NCBI GenBank assembly: GCA_977017645.1
Contig: OZ360225.1
Span: 118,234,001 to 118,298,000, forward strand
DNA from: Torpedo marmorata
Lineage: Eukaryota
Reading direction: 5' to 3'
DNA: 64,000 bases
Below, piece after piece: positions 1 to 13,200 of the stretch. The notes under the pieces were generated by a model. The model searched no databases. It was given only the letters and a program-made list of their open reading frames with translations, and was not told where the DNA came from. A program made the position numbers and the translations under genes. The stretch's first letter is position 1. Each line of letters opens with the position of its first letter.

Positions 1-579
1 AAAGAATGATATTATTAGATGTTCTACCTCAGATTGGAGTTCACCTTGTGTCCTGGTGCCTAAACCAGATGGGACGGTTAGATTTTGCACTGATTATAGA
101 AACGTTAATGCGGTAACAAAGTCAGATGCTTATCCTATCCCTAGGGTGGATGGTTGTGTGGACAAGGTTAGAAAGGCTAAGTTTCTTACAAAGATGGACT
201 TATTAAAAGGTTCCTGGTGTATTCCCTTAACAGACAGAGGTAGGGAAATTTCTGCATTTGTCAGGGTTATATGAATACAATGTTTTACCATTTGGAATGA
301 ACAATGCTCCAGGGACATTCCAAAGAATGGTTAATTCTGTGATTCAAGGTTTAGAGCATACGGATGCTTATATTGATGATTTTGTTACGGGGAATGAAAT
401 TTGGGAAGCACATATCTCTGAATTAGAGAAATTGTTTGACAAACTTTCAAAAGCAAACCTTACCATCAATTTAGCTAAAAGTGAATTTGGCCATGCTACT
501 GTGACTTTTCTTGGTTATGTTGTTGGTCAAGGCAAGTTTGCGCCTATTCAGGCGATAGTTCAGACGATTCCTGAGTTTC
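1..579 (+). mobile_element. Gypsy LTR-retrotransposon reverse transcriptase fragment (frameshifted, 3' truncated)
   Basis: PKPDGTVRFCTDYR, LPFGMNNAPGTFQR and AYIDD motifs split between ORFs 56..274 and 258..641. Confidence 0.9.
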
Positions 580-680
580 CTGAGAAAGGCTCAGGCCCGA
601 ATGTTGGATATATATCTTTACTTTCTATGGACGCTTTGTGACCTCTGAGTTTCTCCAGCACTTTTGTTTATTAAACAACA
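580..680 (+). mobile_element. Penelope-type terminal (pLTR) fragment
   Basis: ctgagaaaggctcaggcccgaatgttgg...gagtttctccagcac resembles the termini of the GIY-YIG-bearing copies at 30214 and 46170. Confidence 0.6.
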
Positions 681-1079
681 CTGTTTTGCAGCTACTTCTC
701 TATAATTGATTTGTTAGAAAGTTACAGCCCCACCCCAACCCTCTGCAACAGAAAAAGAATTGCAGCACTTAATTAAAACACTCCACCCCACCACCCAAGG
801 TACTGTTAAATTCTTAACTCAAGTGCAGGGGCTAACAGGTTAACACTCTTTACCTTCCTCCATGATTCAAGAACTCCTCTCAACACAAGCACATATTCCT
901 GGTCTCCAAACAATAACTAAGTTACAACTATTTTTTTGTTCTTCAGAATTAGGAAGAATGGAAGGGCTCCATTTATTGCCCACCACCTAGGTGTCCTGAA
1001 TGAGATGGTAATATAAACGACTTCATCTGATTTCTCACCCTCCCTCTGTAGTAGATGCAAGGAGGCATTGGAAATGTAC

Positions 1080-1257
1080 CTGCTTCCATTCATGGTTCCC
1101 TGCGACCAGCCATTAATCTCAGAAGGTGACTGGTAGGTAGGTGTAGGCTGAGACTGCTGTATCATTGGACTCTGTGTATGACTCATCCTTGGGGACATTA
1201 ATGGGCTTTGGGGGGTTGTAGCCCCAGCAAACCCTGCATCATTCTGCTGATTCATTC
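1080..1257 (-). CDS. NCOA2: NCOA2 exon (178 bp): [31 protein letters not shown]...[12 protein letters not shown]
   Basis: ORF 917..1285; tttacAG acceptor, AG|GTACAT donor, phase 1-2. Confidence 0.95.
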
Positions 1258-4200
1258 CTGTAAATGAACAAAGCCCAGAAAGCAATTTTGAACAACATAT
1301 AGTTTCAAGAGCAATTTCAAATGAGACAACCTATGCAAACATTAAAAAAAAATCAAAATGTTTCCTTTGGCAACAATTAATAAAATATATTTTAAAAGAT
1401 TTATTAATATTTGGATACATTTTAAGAATTATCAAGAAAGATTTAAATGGATGAAATCAGAAATGAAGGTTATAGGTAAACATTCATTTGTATCTATATT
1501 AGGAATGCCTTCACCCTTTAAATATTCCAAAGTTTCTAATAACAAGATAGTTAAACAAACGTTAAAAATATGGTTCCAATTCAGAAAAGCAAATAATTTC
1601 CTTAATTTCTTGCTTGATAGTACAATAAATTTCAATACCTTTTTTACCCCAGCTAGTGGGGATAGAGGGTTCCAGATTTGGCAAGATCACGGTGTATGTT
1701 CATTTAAAGACTTGTTTATAGACTAATTTTATTACTTTTGAACAGATGTTTATTAAGTATAACTTATCTAGAAACAATTATTTTAGATAATTTCAAGTTG
1801 AAGTTTCCTTTAGATTTAAAGTTAGTAATCATAGAAAAGGTTTTTACTATTACTCCGGATATACCAAAACCATTGTCAGTATTTTATAACCTTTTAAAAG
1901 AAAATGTGATACAGCATGTGGATAAAATAAAGGAGGCTTGGGAAAGAGATTTTTTAGAAGTTTTTTTCACCTTCAGTGTGGTCCAATATTTTGGACCGTA
2001 TCCATACCTCTTCATTATGTGCAAGACATAATTTAATTCAATCCAAAGTAGTTCACAGAGCTCATTACTCGAAATCTTTACTGGCTAAATTTTCATCAAA
2101 TATATCATCTATGTGTGATAGATGTAATGTTCATGAAGGTACATTATTTCACATGTTTTGGTTGTGCCCTAAGTTAGTTAGATTTTGGAACAAAATTTTT
2201 AGCACTCTTTCTTTGATTTTAGCTACTCAATTAGATCCAAATCCATTTATAGCAATATTTGGTATAAATGGTCCTAGTAATCATGATCTTACTAGTAATC
2301 AAAAACATGTGATTGCTTTTTCTTCTCTGGTTGCAAGGTGACAGATCTTGCTAAAATGGAAGGATGGTAATCCTCCTATATATGAAGATTGGCTATCAAG
2401 TTTAATGTCCTATTTAACATTAGAAAAAATTAGATGTTCAAATATTAAATTAAACCTAAAATTTACTAATATTTGGGGTTCCTTTATCAACTATTATCAG
2501 AGTTTATGATTCCTCATGCTTTGAAGTTATATTATTTCTACAGGTCAGTGCAATTCTGGGGTGGGGGTAGGTGGTAGGCTAGTTTAGATTATTTTAGCTT
2601 TTATAAAAAAATGTATTACGATAAAATTACTATGTTATCTTTTTTTTGTGGCTTGGTTCTTTTTTATCTATTGGTATTATAATACTAAATTGTAAAGAAA
2701 AAAAATTGATATATATCTGTAATGTATACTCTGTTATGGATGGATTAATGGAACATGTGATAATGCTTTTCTTTGCTTTTTCTCTGTAAACGTATATAGT
2801 GAATGAACTGTTATATCCATGATTTTATGGAATTAATAAAGAGATTTAAAAAAGAAAGAAAAAAAACAAGAGCTCTACTTCTATAGCACTGGCTTTTGTA
2901 CAACTAATTGAAGTATTGCCAGATACCTGAGTGATTAATGACTGACTTAATTGTAACTTTTTATTAATAAAAATGGGTTTCTGGTGAAATTTTACAAGTT
3001 ACATTAGGATATTTGCTGTTAATGTGATTTATTGGTTCTGCATTATGTATTAGTTTTGGAAAAGAGATTACTTGTGCAAAACACCAAAGAATAAATCTTC
3101 ATCAGTCAGTGGACAGAAAAAAATCCTGCAGCATTATTTCTTTGGATAAAAGAGCACATTCACAATTTTACTTAGAGATAATATCGAGTAATTTGCAGTT
3201 GCACAACTTCCAAGCAAAAGGTTTTACTGAAGGGATGGGTCTTAATTTTCTACTGAGACGTAGAAAATCAAAAATATTTTAGAGGTTGCAAAACACATTT
3301 ACCTACCATGTTTATGCTAGTACCGCGTTTCACCTGGAATGGTCTACTTCAAACTCAATTAGTTGTCCTTTCTCTACATTTTAAGTGATTCCTTTGACAT
3401 AATTTATAGTGAGTTAAATAACTGAAAATGTCTAACTAGGATTTGCAATGAGGCATTAGCATTATAAAAAAACCCTCCTCATTGCAAATATGAACTGACT
3501 GCTCTGATACTAGGAATGAGTATACCTCAATACAAGACCAAAGGTTTTTGTAAATAATTTTTGAACAAGAAAGATAAGGACAAATTAATATTAATGTAGA
3601 TGCCGATGTGAAACATCTCATCAATCCATTACTTTGGGATTTTCCAAAATTATGATCTGTGCGCTCACAGAAATGCAATACCTTTAGCCAGAATTATATT
3701 AGACAATCGATGTATGCGAGTTAGTATTGAGTATCAATATTCACTTAAAACAAAAGGGAAGGTGGGTCGGGTTAAATAAGGTAAACACATGACAAGCAAC
3801 AGCTCCAAACCCAATACAAAGCCAAAATCAATTTGGTATATCATTCCCAACATACAAAGACAAATATGAATGCAATCTTTACAATAAATAGTTTTGCCAT
3901 TCTAATACTTAACACCACTCAGAGGAAAGGCAGTACCTGAGCTGGGAAACTGGAAGGCATTGTGCTGCATTTGGGGACTCATTACTGGCCCAAACTGTCC
4001 TCCCACATTTCCTATCATTCCCTGGTTAGCCAGATTCATCTCGGAGCCATGCAAGGAGCTGTGAGAGAGGAGCTGTGACCCAGGATTTGGGGACATTGGG
4101 GAGAAAGGACTGGTGGAAGGTGGTAAGGAAGTAAGTCCAGTACCATAGTTTGGAGGGTATGGGAACTGTTGAGGTGATGCCTGAGGAATCCGAGGAGTGC

Positions 4201-7200
4201 TCATGGCAGCTGCCATGTTACCAGAGGCTGCCATATTTGGTGGGATGTTCAAACCCTGCTGCCGCATCATCATGGTTCTCTGTTGCACCTGCTGCTGCTG
4301 CTGTTGCATCAGCTGTCTTTGACGCAGGTGCTGATTCAGAAGCTCACGCTGTCTCTGGGCTAGCATCTGTGCATTTATAGGTCCCTGGAGAACAAAATGC
4401 AAAAAATACCTACATCATTAACAATATTCAAATATTTTTTGTAACCTTTCTCCAAATCAGTTCGTAAGGAGCTGTGTGTTTTCACAGGCAAACCTGCCGC
4501 ACCTTCTTGTTTTCCCTACCTTGTGCAGGAGAGAATGGGGATGAAAACTAAAATTAAGGTTCATAATAATGACCCAAGGCAAGAGTGCTTGAAATGATTG
4601 TATATATGAATTCCAAAAAAGAATCATAAAGCCAAGTTTTTTCCACTCTTTTTCCAAAAGATTCTAGAAATTTATTCTATGAACATTCATTACAAATTGA
4701 TGGGCTGGCTTTTCCAAATAAAATTCTGTTTGCTCTTGACCAAGATGACAGCCCAAATTATTTAGTGGTGTTTTATTTTCTCTGTATACCAGAAAATGTT
4801 TCAAAGTTCAGATTTATTGTCGGAGTACATGTACGACATCACATACAGCACTGAGATTCTTCTACCCCATTATGCTAAATTCATACAATGGATAACAAGT
4901 TTTAGAGAAAAAGGTTATGAAATGTTATTCAATCTTTCAGCACCAATTCATCATCTATTGATATTTTGAATTTTAAAGCAATATCAAAGTTAATATTAAT
5001 TTTGCCCAATTATTTTTAATGTAAAACTGATAAATTACTTGAACAGTGGATGTATGAGAAATGTGTAGAAACAAGTATGATATTGAATAGACTTTAAATT
5101 GAGTAGGCCTCACAAATTTTTTCTCCTGATTCTATTGCTTCCTCACTTAAAATGCAAATTCATGTCAACTATGATTTCCCAAGTACTTTTCCTAAAGAGG
5201 AGTCTTATATTTAAATCTAAACAGTAACTATAATAAAGCAGTTCTAGAGAGGTCAGGATTCAGGATGGCTTGGCTGCTCTGCTTGTCAATAACCAGCAGT
5301 GACCCTGGAGACACGAGCAAGAGGATCAATTTCCCAACCCCTTACTCCAAGATCCAAAATTCCTAGCCCTAAAGATAAAGCAACAAAGCCAAGAGCAGGG
5401 AGCAAGTCTAGAATCCTGGTCTCTAATGGGCAACAAAATGGACATAGTAATATCGTCGTGAAGAAAGCACGTCAGCATCTCTACTTCCTCAGGAGTTTGC
5501 GGAGATTGGCCTGGTATGGGGGCACCAATAGCTCTGAGCGGAAAGCCCTGCAAAAGGTAGTGGACACAGTTTAGTACATCACAGGCAAAACTCTCCCTAC
5601 CATCTAGAAAATCTACATGGAATGCTGCCGTCAGAGAGCAGCAGCAATCATCAAGGATCCACACCAACCAGGTCATGCTCTGTTCTCGCTACTGCCATCA
5701 GGAAAGAGGTAAAGGTGCAACAAGACTCATACCACCAGGTTCAGGAACAGTTGCAACCCCTCCACCAGACTCCTAAGCAACAAACTCAATCAGAGTCTCA
5801 TTTAAAGACTTACTTTGCACATAATTCATTACTGAATATTTACTTTTTATGTATTGCACAGGTTGTTTACATTTCTTCCTTTGTTCACATTTCTCTCTTT
5901 TGTATACATATCTTTTTCTTGAGTTCAGTTTACAGTTACTGATAAATAGAAATTCTGCCTGGCCCGCAGGAAAAAGAATCTCAGGGTTGTATGTGATGTC
6001 ATGTATGTACTCTGACAATAAATTTGATCTCTGAATTTGAACTTTGATATTTATTAAGCAAGACAGACTTCCAAATGAATGATAAATAGAACAGATGAGA
6101 AACATGTTAAAGTATTTTTACTGCCTACCTGACCACTCATCTGTGGTGGCACACTGGCCCTTAGAGGTAGATTCATATTGGAGACAGTGGTGAGTGGGTT
6201 CATCAGTGGCTGTCGATTCTGACAAGACAAATAGGTACCATTAAACTAGTTATTTGCATGCAAATGCGGAGTTTAAAAACAAGATGGAAAGGTATGGGCA
6301 CTGCAGATGGATCTCCAATGAACCAACAACCTTAATACTTGACAAATGCACCAAATTTGAGTAGAGGAGTTTGAGAATGGGACTGGGTTTAGTGTCTCTG
6401 CTGTGACTACTCACTCCTCTCTCCTGCTGCAGTTGATCACTGTCAATTTTCAATCACAAGTAACAGATCTGCACGTGAGGTGTAGGGGCCAATCTTGGTC
6501 TGTGGCACAGATCAGTCACTGTATAACCCTAGGGTACAGTACAGATATGGGCATTGGTCTGTCACTGTAAAACCCTGGGGTACAGTACAGATAGGCACAG
6601 GTCTGACACTGTATTACCCTGAGGTACAGTACAGAAGGGCACAGGTCTGTCACTGTATAACCCTGGGGTACAGGTGAGATGGGCACTGGTCTGTCACTGT
6701 AAAACCCTGGGGTGTAGTACAGATAGGCACAGGTCTGTCAGTGTAAAACCCTGGGGTACAATGTACCGGGGTCGTAGATTTATTGGGGTATTTGGGTGGC
6801 ACGGGCTTGTGGGCCGGAAGGGCCTGTTCCCATGCTGTATGTCCAAATTAAATTAAATCTATACAGCTTCCTGACTTGGATGATTGGGGATTCTTTTTGC
6901 CCTCCAATGAGAACAAGAGCTTTGCTAACTCTCTGAAAAACATTCATTTATGTATTTTTTTTCTGAATAGCCCTGAGAACTGCATTTGGAAGTTAGCTGA
7001 GAAGGTAGTGCCTTACCATTTGCTGTCCTTGAAGCCTTTGTTGAAGCTGAAGACGAAGCTGATTGGGCTGGTTGGGAACCATCCCCGACGACCTCAGGGT
7101 AGGCCTTGATTGCATACGCAACATCGGGTAACCTGGCCGTTGCACCATTTGAGTTGCCAGTGGATGAAAATTAGATTCCTGCATGGTAGAATAGTTCCCT

Positions 7201-10200
7201 TGCACTACTGTGGTCTGGGGACCATATGGCTGATTATAAACTTGAGACTTTTCAACCATCATTGTGGATTTCTGGCTCGGAAACGCCTCTGGCTGGTGAT
7301 CTACACTTTGGCTCTGTAAAACAAAGGCAAAACAAAGTTGTGGAGAATAGATATTTCTCACCATTGCTCTTGAAGTCCTTTTGGTCTTTGCCAACTTGCT
7401 CACGTAATAATACATACTTTTTTTCAATTTTGTCCGTGTTATTAGGCATGTAAATAAGAACTACATTTCCCAGCATGCAATGCGCGCGGTTGGCGGAAAC
7501 CGGAAGTGGTATATGACGGGAGTTGCGGGCGATGTCGCTGGAAGTCGGTTGAAGCAGCTCAAGGAAAATAAAGTCGGTTAAGTGTTAAACCCATGTAAAG
7601 TCGTTCTTCTTGAAAGAACGAGCAAAACATGGTGTCAGAAGTGTCTGAGTGAGTAAGAGAAGACAATAGTTCGTAAACATGGATAAGTTAAGTCCTCCCA
7701 CACCGATGCAGTTTACCGGCAATCTAGCCGATAATTTGAAACACTTCAAACAGCGATTTAACATTTATTTAGAAGCTGGTGGAATGGGAGAGACCGATGG
7801 AAAACGGAAAGCGTCTATGTTTCTGCACGTGATGGGTGAAGATGCCTTGGACATCTATAACAGTTTTCAAATTGATGAGACAGCTTTCACGTTGGACACT
7901 CTGATGACAAAATTTGAGGAGTATTTTGTTCCAAGTAAAAACATCACGTTTGAGAGATTCATGTTTTTCTCCTGTGACCAGAAACAAGGTATGAGCTTTG
8001 ATGAATACTTAGCCAAGCTTCACACACTGAGTAAGTCCTGTGAATTTGGAGATTTGAAAAATTCACTCATTAAAGACAGAATAGTTTGCGGAATCCCAGA
8101 TAATGGACTTAGAAAAAGACTGTTGCGTGAAAAAGATTTGACTCTGGAAAAGGCTGTGAATATATGTAGGGCAGCAGAGACCACACGAGCACAAGCTAAG
8201 GAGCTGCACAAGATAGACACAACAGTTAAGGAGCTGCACAGGATAGACACAACAGTGCATGCGATGAAAACAGATAAGCAGAGAACCAGGCGTTTCCCAA
8301 AGCAACAACAAAGCAAAGTGGTAAGCTCAAACAGCAAGTGCGGAGGTAGACATATTCCAAAGATGTGTCCTGCCTATGGAAAGTCCTGCTATAAATGTGG
8401 GAAGTAGAATCATTTTGCAAAGTGCTGCAAAGCAGGGGATACCAAGAGAAAGGTATACACAGTGGATCAAGAAATGGAGGAATTCTTCGTGGATTCACTA
8501 CAGACTGCTGTTGGCAAAACGGAATGGATCGTTCCAGTGACTGTGAATGAGACAGTAATTCCATTTAAGCTCGACTCCGGAGCCCAGGTGAATCTGTTAT
8601 CTATGGACGATTACAAGACCCTCACCGTAAAGAGCAAGATTTATCCTGTGAAATCAAAAGTCAAAGGCTACACTGGAGAGAACGTTCCAGTAAAAGGAGG
8701 CTGTATGGTGACCTTCAAACACAAAGGGCGGTATCTAAAGTCACAGCTGCTGATTGTAGAAAGGAGAGTACAGCCAATATTAGGTCTGAGTGCATGTAAA
8801 GAGCTCAACCTCGTGAAAAGAATTTTCATAGTGGCTTCACAGACCGAAGATGAGCACACAACACTCATGGAAGAGTACACAGATGTCTTTGAGGGACTTG
8901 GATGTTTACCTGGTGTACACAAGATCCACGTAGATGAGACAGTGGCTCCTGTTGTCTATGCATGTAGGAAAGTTCCGTTTTCACTTAGAGACAAACTTAA
9001 ACAAGAACTAGCACGCATGGAACGGATGAAAGTCATACAGAAAATTGAAGAACCTACAGATTGGGTCAGCTCACTGGTCATCGTGCAAAAGAAAAATGGA
9101 GCATTGCGTATATGTCTGGACCCAAGAGATCTCAATAAAGCCATCAAGAGAGCATTTTAAATTGCTGATACGGGAGGAAATCATGTCCCGGTCGGTTTGC
9201 AGGTGCCAAGTGGTTTAGCAAGCTCGACGCGTCATCGGGGTTTTGGCAGATGAAGCTTGATGAGGCAAGCTCGAGACTATGCACTTTCAATACTCCACAA
9301 GGAAGATACCGCTTTCTTCGGCTACCATATGGGATCTTGTCCGCAACAGAAGTCTACCATAAAAACATCCACATGATCTTTGAAAGTATACCTGGAGTTG
9401 AGACCGTGATGGATGACATCATTGTACGGGGGTCCACCAAGGATGAACATGATACGCGACTAAGGCAAGTGCTTGACATGACACGGAATGTCAATTTGAA
9501 ATTAAATAAAGAGAAATGTGAGTTTGGCGTAAAGACACTGACCTTCATAGGAGATATCATATCTGAACAGGGAGTGAAGCCTGATCCAAGAAAGACATCA
9601 GCCATTAAGAATTTTGCGAGGCCCCAAAACAGAGGAGGTGAGACGTCTCTTGGGGATGGTGACATACCTGGCTATGTTATACCAGCATACCATCAGATGC
9701 TGAAGATGGCGGTGCTGCCGGAGCCGCTGTAGCGGCAGCGCTGCTGCTGGTGCGGACCCGCGAGGAGCGAGGGAGCAGAGAACCAGCGCTCCCGCGGGGT
9801 CCAACCGCCCAGTCGACTGCCGTCGGTTCCGCACGGGCTTTGAACGGCCCGTTAAAGGAGCCGACGGTGGTTTTATTTGAGATCCCGCGGCCGCGGGGTC
9901 TGCGCCCAAGATGGCAGCGCCTATTAATCGGCCGCAGCCACGAGGGGCTGCAGACTCCGGGGAAGCGGGGGACTGGAGCAGGGCACCAGTGGACGGGAAG
10001 ATCACCCCCCGTCTGAGAAGGAGAAGCGGAGGAGATGACCCATGGGACGATGAGCACAGCGGCGGACCGGTGAGGGGCTCTGAGGCTGAAGGACCAGTGC
10101 ATGCGGCGGGCTGCTGGCGACTCGAGGCGAGGAACCCGCGGAGGCTGTGGGCTGCTGGAGACTGCTGTCAGGGGACTCACAACGAGCTGCGGACTGCTGG

Positions 10201-13200
10201 AGGTTGGCTCGAACTGGCTGGAGGAGTACCAGGTATCGGAACCGGGATGTGAGGGGGTGCCGAGGGCGACCTGACCGTGTTGGAGGCTCGGATCTGGAGC
10301 TCGGGATACCGATCGTTTGGACTGGACTCTGTGTGGCTGCGGAGGCTGCGGAAGTGCTGGAGGCGAATCTATGGACACTCAGTGACACTGGGGGGACTCT
10401 CTTTTGCTTCTCTTTCTCTGACTGTAAGGAATGTTAGAGGCGCTTAGGCAATTTCTGCCAATGGCGAATCTGTCTGCCTTGCAGCAGGCAAAAAGAAATT
10501 TTGTGGTATATGACACTGTCTTATTACTGTGAAAATAAATTGAATCTTGAATCTTGAAGTTCATCCCTCATCTGTTGACTGTGTCAGCACCGCTTAGATC
10601 ACTCCTTGAGCAGAAAAATGAGTGGATATGGTCGCACGAGCAAGAAGAGTGCTTCCGTGCTCTCAAAAAAGTCCTAACAGAAGAGCCTGTACTAAAATTT
10701 TATGATCTGGATAGGCGCACCAGGATCTCGGCTGATGCATCCCGACACGGCCTTGGAGCAGTACGACTGCAGCAACATGAGGACACATGGCAACCTGTGG
10801 CCTATGAATCAAGGGCTTTAACAAGTGCAGAAGCCAACAATGCACCGATAGAGAAAGAGCTTCTTGCCAGCACTTATGTACGTGAAAGGTTCCATCAATA
10901 TATTTTTGGACAAGCTTTTGAAGTGGAGACAGACCATAAACCACTGGTCTCAATTATGTCCAAACCACTGAATGACTGTACCCATGAGAGTACAGCGCAT
11001 GTTGATAAGGCTGCAGAAATACGATGTGAAAAAGATCTACACGCCAGGAAAATACATGTTTGCAGCTTATACACTGTCTCGAGCAGTTGACAAGAAAAGA
11101 GCGACCAAGAGGTTAATGGAGAGATACAGGCCTATGTTGACATGATTATCACCTCACTTCCGGTATCCCGGGATAGAACAGAGCAGATCAGGAAAGCAAC
11201 AGAGACAGATGAAACAATGAAATAGCTCAAAGATACAATACAGAAAGGATGGCCAGCAGCTAAGAATGACTGTCCAATGGGTATTCGGGATTATTGGGCA
11301 TGCAGAGATGAACTGTCAGTTGTGAAAGATATAGTCTTCAAAGGGAACAGGTTTGTGATTCCAGTGTTGCTACACAAGGAAATGCTCCAGGAGATACACG
11401 AAGGACATCTTGGTGAGTAAAAATGCAAACGTAGAGCTCGAGAGGTAATGTACTGTCCAAGAATGAACCAAGACATAAGCCACTGCTTTATGAGAAATAT
11501 GCCTTACCTATAGACCAAAGCAGCAAGCAGAACCGGTTTCACCACACCCTGTACCAGACAGGCCGTACTTTAAAAATTGGAGTAGATTTGTTTGACTGTA
11601 ATGGGAAGAGTCATATAGTAGTAACAGACTATTTTTCCATTTACCCAGAGGTAACAACACTGCAGTCAACATCTAGCAAAGCAGTTATCGCTTTCATGAA
11701 AAGTGTGTTTGCGAGGCATGGAGTTCCTTGTGAAGTAGTGTCAGACAATGGTCTACAATTTTCGAGCAGTGAATTTGAGTCCTTTGCCAATACTTGGGGG
11801 TTTTGGCATGTAACTTCAAGCCCATATCTCCCAAAGTCTAATGGCCTAGCAGAGAGTTCTGTGAAGGTGGTGAAGAGCCTCATGAAGAAAGCGCATGATG
11901 GACGAGAGGATTTCCACAGAAGTCTAATGATTTACAGAAGTGCGCCACTACAGAATGGCCTTTCTCCTGCCAAAATGCTGATGGGTCGACGCATACGTAC
12001 CAACCTTCCAATGCGTGAAAATCTGTTGACGCCCAAAGGAGCACACAAAGTCAAACAGGCTAAAGTGGAATAGAAAATAAAACAGAAACAGTATCATGAC
12101 AGGACTGCGAAAAGCCTACCAGTCCTGAAGCCTGGAGTTCCAGTGCGAATCCGAGATCACAATTCTGGCACATGGGCCTTGCCAGGATATGTGCAAGAGG
12201 AAATAGATCCACATTCCCACCAGATCCAGACAGAGGGAGGGACACCTCTGAGGAGGAACCCCGTGGATCTACGACCACAAGCTCCAACCCATAGTCGTGA
12301 CCCATCACCTGTCAGCATGCAAAAGGGTCCAGCACAGGAAGAAAAGGAACATGTGGTTCAGAGTTCACAGAAAGATCTAACACAGCAAATGCAAGCAGTA
12401 CACTGGTGGAAACACATAGCAGACCAAAAAGGACTATTAAACCACCTCAGAGACTGAATGAAAGCTGCTGAGTGGAAAGAGACTGGGCACGGAATGTAGA
12501 TACTTTTGTTATGTAGACATAGTATTGAGTTTGTGTTTTTGTTTTTTTTAAAAGGGGAAAGATGAGTTATTATGCATGTAAATAAAAACTACATTTCCCA
12601 GCATGCAATGCGCGCAATTGGACTGAAACCGGAAGTGGTATATGACGGAGTCGTGGGCGTTGTCACTGGAAGTCGGTTGAAGCAGCTCAAGGAAAATAAA
12701 GTCGGTTAAGTGTTAAACCCATGTAAAGTTGTTCTTTTTTTAAATAATTTTATTTAAATTTTAAAATCACAAAATACATAAATCAAAAATACTATATCAT
12801 TCCAAATACATGTGGTATATTTCCCCCCCCTCCCACCCTCCCCTCCCCAACCCCCCCAGCACTATTCTAAAAAAAAAAAAAAAAAATTAATTATAAAGGA
12901 AAAAAAAAGAAAATAATTGAATAATAAAGAAGTAAAGAATTAAAGTGAGGAGAAAACAAATTACAAGCTAATTCTATTTATATATTGGAGGTTAGTTTTG
13001 CCAGCGGCACCGACTTCTAGAGAATTAATTTATACCCATAATTCTCATATATGGGCTCCAAATTTTCAAAAAGAAATGGTATTTATTACGTAAATTATAT
13101 GTAATTTTTTCCAATGGTATACAAGAACGTAATTCTGCATGTAATCTATCTAAATTCAAATCTAAATCTGATTTCCAAGTAATAGCAATACATTTTTTTG

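Noticed and set aside
6512-6760. Regularly spaced repeats resembling a CRISPR array
   Set aside because: Units are head-to-tail with no unique spacers, there are no cas genes, and the context is a vertebrate intron
9598-10437. Multiple overlapping 90-230 aa ORFs
   Set aside because: By-product of high GC content in a non-coding retroposon; no recognisable domain
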